The notes below the pieces were generated by a model that was not told the DNA's origin, ran no database searches, and worked only from the letters and a program-made list of their open reading frames with translations. A DNA stretch of 60,849 nt, counting the filler, from Fonticula-like sp. SCN 57-25 (Eukaryota): assembly GCA_001724245.1 (NCBI GenBank). It is 9 parts of 9 records of this genome, joined end to end, with 100 filler letters (N's around TTAATTAATTAA, not from the genome) between each part and the next. Parts side by side here need not be neighbours in the genome. Positions count along the whole stretch, not along the records: positions 54,277 to 60,849 come from MEDX01000509.1; 8 more parts are not named here. The stretch is one strand, 5' to 3'. The first letter of the stretch is position 1. Every line of letters begins with the position of its first letter. Made by a program: the position numbers and the translations under genes. Below are positions 57,739 to 60,849 of this stretch, piece after piece.

Positions 57739-60700
57739 ATGTCGCGCCATCGCAATGTCCGGAATATGGACTATGACGGTGCGCGCCGCGGGCGTTCCCC
57801 GCTATAACGCTAACATATTGGATCGCTTTTACAGAAGTAAATGACGACTATGACGGGTACGGTCGGTCGTACGAGGATGACTCTGATTTCGGAGGCCGTG
57901 TCGGAGCGAACGATGTCGAGGAAGAGGCGTACAGCTATCCTCGGGATCACTACCTGGGATATACGCTAGACGACTATTTGAGCGAGCAGGATCTCACAGA
58001 AGAGCAAGACGGTAAAAATCCTTATTTCTGTTCTTTCCCTAGCTAATTTCTCTGTATTTTCTTTGTCTAGTGCTTGTGAGGTCAGGGATCTCTGCCGTGC
58101 AAGATGTCCTCGGATCCGGTACGTTTGACGAAGTGGAGATCGCCGACTCGCTTGTCTACTACGCAGGCGACGTCGAGCGCGCCATTGCACAGCTGCTGGA
58201 GAGCCAGCTATCGCGCGCTCCCGCTCAGCCTCAGCAAGGTACACAACATTCCTTTCCTCTGTGTTTGCTTCCTTTGTCGTATATCTATTGCCTTCTTCTT
58301 TCGTGTGTCTATTGTATTGTCTCAACTCGTTTCTTGCGCCGCATAAGCCGCCGTCTCTTCATTACCAACGCAACCACCACTTCCGTCCTTTTCTTCTTTG
58401 CCCGCATCGCATGCCGCGCCGGTCCGACCAATAGTGCGACCCGTTCGACCAATGGCATTTGGTGCAGCAAGGCCACCGCTACCATCATTATCATCAATGC
58501 AAACTCGGTCCAGTTTGCCGCCCTTGCAGCAGCAAACCGCGCCTTCCAATTCGTCCCTACCTTCGCTGCAAACCCTTTCTAGTTTGCCACCCCTACAGCA
58601 CCAGGCCCTGCCGTCCAATTCGGCTCTTCCTTCACTGCAAACTCTCTCCAGTTTGCCAACATTACATTCAGCATCTACGCAAACTGGTCCCAGTTTGCAG
58701 CCACTTCGGCCAATGGCACCGCACGCAGCTGCTTCTTTACCGCCTCTTTCCAGTTTGCCCGTCAGCCAGCCGTCGACGTTGCCGTCGCTGTCATCTCTGC
58801 CATCGCTGTCGTCTTTGCAGCCAATCAGCGGCGGCCTTCCATCCCTTTCATCAATGCAAACTGCAGGCGGTTTGCACCCCCTTCCCTCAATGCCAACTAC
58901 CTCGGGATTCCGGCCACTTTCCTCAATGCCTACTACATTACCATCCCTTCCCTCAATGCCAACTACAACAACATTACCATCCCTTCCATCAATGCAAACT
59001 ACAACTACATTGCCATCGACGCAAACTCTCCCCAGTTTGCCATCCCTTCACGGCTCGTCGCCGCGCCCGCGCCCCCCCACGCAAACTCTCCCCAGTTTGC
59101 ACCCCCCCGCGCCGCCCGCCCCCTCGCTCATGGGCCGCCCGAGCACCTTTGCCTCCTTCCTCGCCCACCACACCCCCACCCACGTGGACGAGCACACGTC
59201 ATCACTTATGCAAGACCTTTCCGTCCAGTTTGCCGCGCTTTCGTCGGCGCTTGTCGGGACGGCGACGTCAAAGATGCGCAAGGACGACGCGTGGCGGCGG
59301 CAGCAGCAGCAGCACCCGGATGCGTTTGCATTTGATACGCCGTCGCCGGATGACGTAATCGGAAAAGCGTTTTATGAGTCGATGATGGCGACGGGCGGGG
59401 ACGTTGTGGCCGCAAAGGCGGCGGCGGCGGCGGCGGCAACGGCCGTGTCGGCGGGTCAGGGGAAAGCAGCAAAGAGCGCAGTAGGTGTAACGAGCATTCG
59501 CCCTCCACAAGGTTGGCCAGACTTTTACTTGCTTTCTGTATCATGTCTCTGACGTGTTTCTATTTTTATTGTTTACAATTCGTGTCTATTACTGTTATTA
59601 TGGTTACAATTCGTGTCTTTTTACCATTTCTATTGCTTGTCTTCCTTCTTGCCCCTTCTCTGATTGGTGCTAAAATCTCGTTTCTCACCCTTTCAACCAG
59701 TCAAAAAAGCGATTCCCACTTCTGTCTCTTCCAAAGGCAAGTCTTCTCCCTCCCTTGCCGCCCTTTCCTCCGCCGCGTCGTCCGCCAAGCGCGGCTCTCC
59801 TTCCTCTTCCGCCGCCTCTTCCGCCGCCTCGAGCCCCAAACTGAGCGCCGTTGCGAGCCCCTCATTGGCCGCCGCCTCGGCCGTCGCCGCCGCGCTAAAA
59901 AAAGCGCCGTCAAAGCTGCTCAGCCCCGACGAGGTCGCCCGCGAGATCGCCGAGCGGCAGCAGGGAAAACCAAATATTAACCTTGTTGTGATTGGTGCGT
60001 TGACGATCGTATTTTCATGAACGGCCAATCAGAATGCTTACCATATTCGGTTCAATAGGTCACGTGGATGCGGGTAAGAGTACGTTGATGGGACACTTGC
60101 TGGTGCTCATGGGCCATGTGTCGGAAAAGACGGTGAAAAAGTGCGCTGTTTTGTGATTGGCTGGAATGGCCGAGCTGACGCTGTGATTGGTCAGGTTTGA
60201 GCGGGATTCGCAAAAGATGGGCAAGTCGTCGTTTATGTATGCGTGGGTGCTCGACGAGACGGACGAGGAGCGCGCGCGGTACGCATTTTGATTGGCTGAT
60301 TGTTTTGCACCAATCACGTGTATCTATTTGGTGTAATGGGTAATGTAGTATTACTGTAGTCATGGTATCTTGGTCATCTGACTGCTAAGATCAATGTACT
60401 TTTGTATAGTCTTTTGTATACTTTTGTAAGGATTTTCTATACTTTTGTAAGGTTATTAAATATCTTCCTATCTACTTCTGATGCATTTCTACTCCTTGTA
60501 CTGGTTTTCTTCCCTCTTTTCCCGCCCTTTTCATCCCTTTTTCTCACCTTTCCTCCTAGTGGCGTGACGATGGATGTCGCCACTGCCTCCTTTGACACCC
60601 CCCACCGCCGCGTCACTCTCCTCGACGCCCCCGGCCACCGCGACTTTATCCCCAACATGATCTCTGGCGCCTCCCAAGCCGACACTGCCCTGCTCGTAGT

Positions 60701-60849
60701 CGACGCCACCCGCGGCGAATTCGAAAGCGGATTTGATAATGACGGGCAGACAAAGGAGCACGCGCTGCTCGTGAGGTCGCTTGGCGTGGGTCACTTGGTT
60801 GTGGTGGTGAACAAGTTGGACACGGCGGGGTGGAGGCAGGAGAGGTTTA
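57739..60849 (+). CDS. HBS1: HBS1 translational GTPase with an alternatively splicable Ski7-like exon; runs off window
   Basis: MSRHRNVR N-terminus, UBA-like HBS1_N domain, [64 protein letters not shown]. Confidence 0.95.

Overview
Eukaryotic, intron-rich genomic DNA. It is nine separate contigs joined by artificial 100-nt spacers (N44-TTAATTAATTAA-N44), so adjacency across spacers carries no information. Introns are mostly 45-70 nt, with GTACGY/GTGCGY donors, a CTRAY branch point and YAG or AAG acceptors. The gene set combines fungal-type genes (Hst3/4-class sirtuin, stand-alone Ade1-type SAICAR synthase) with genes not expected in yeasts (gamma-secretase APH-1, CNOT11, ELMOD, annexin). This suggests an early-diverging opisthokont, probably on the fungal side (inference). 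Housekeeping genes: RBM34/NOP12, CCDC124, trehalase, TAF4, glycogen phosphorylase, AKR1, PXMP4, DMC1, PIG-U, DDX21, CIAO2B, MIPEP and HBS1. Most notable: (1) a tandem array of three WD40-coiled-coil-SAM-SAM genes with variable top-face WD40 residues and near one-blade-per-exon structure, a candidate immune or allorecognition receptor family; (2) a tandem array of three genes fusing a cytochrome b561-like domain, a copper type II monooxygenase-like domain lacking its Cu ligands, and a TLC-like membrane domain; (3) an in-frame Ski7-motif cassette exon in HBS1; (4) an eight-repeat annexin; (5) a 1.1-kb inverted duplication with two convergent signal-peptide exons; (6) a recurrent GCAAACTG promoter motif. 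All assignments are by motif recognition by eye; no searches were run.
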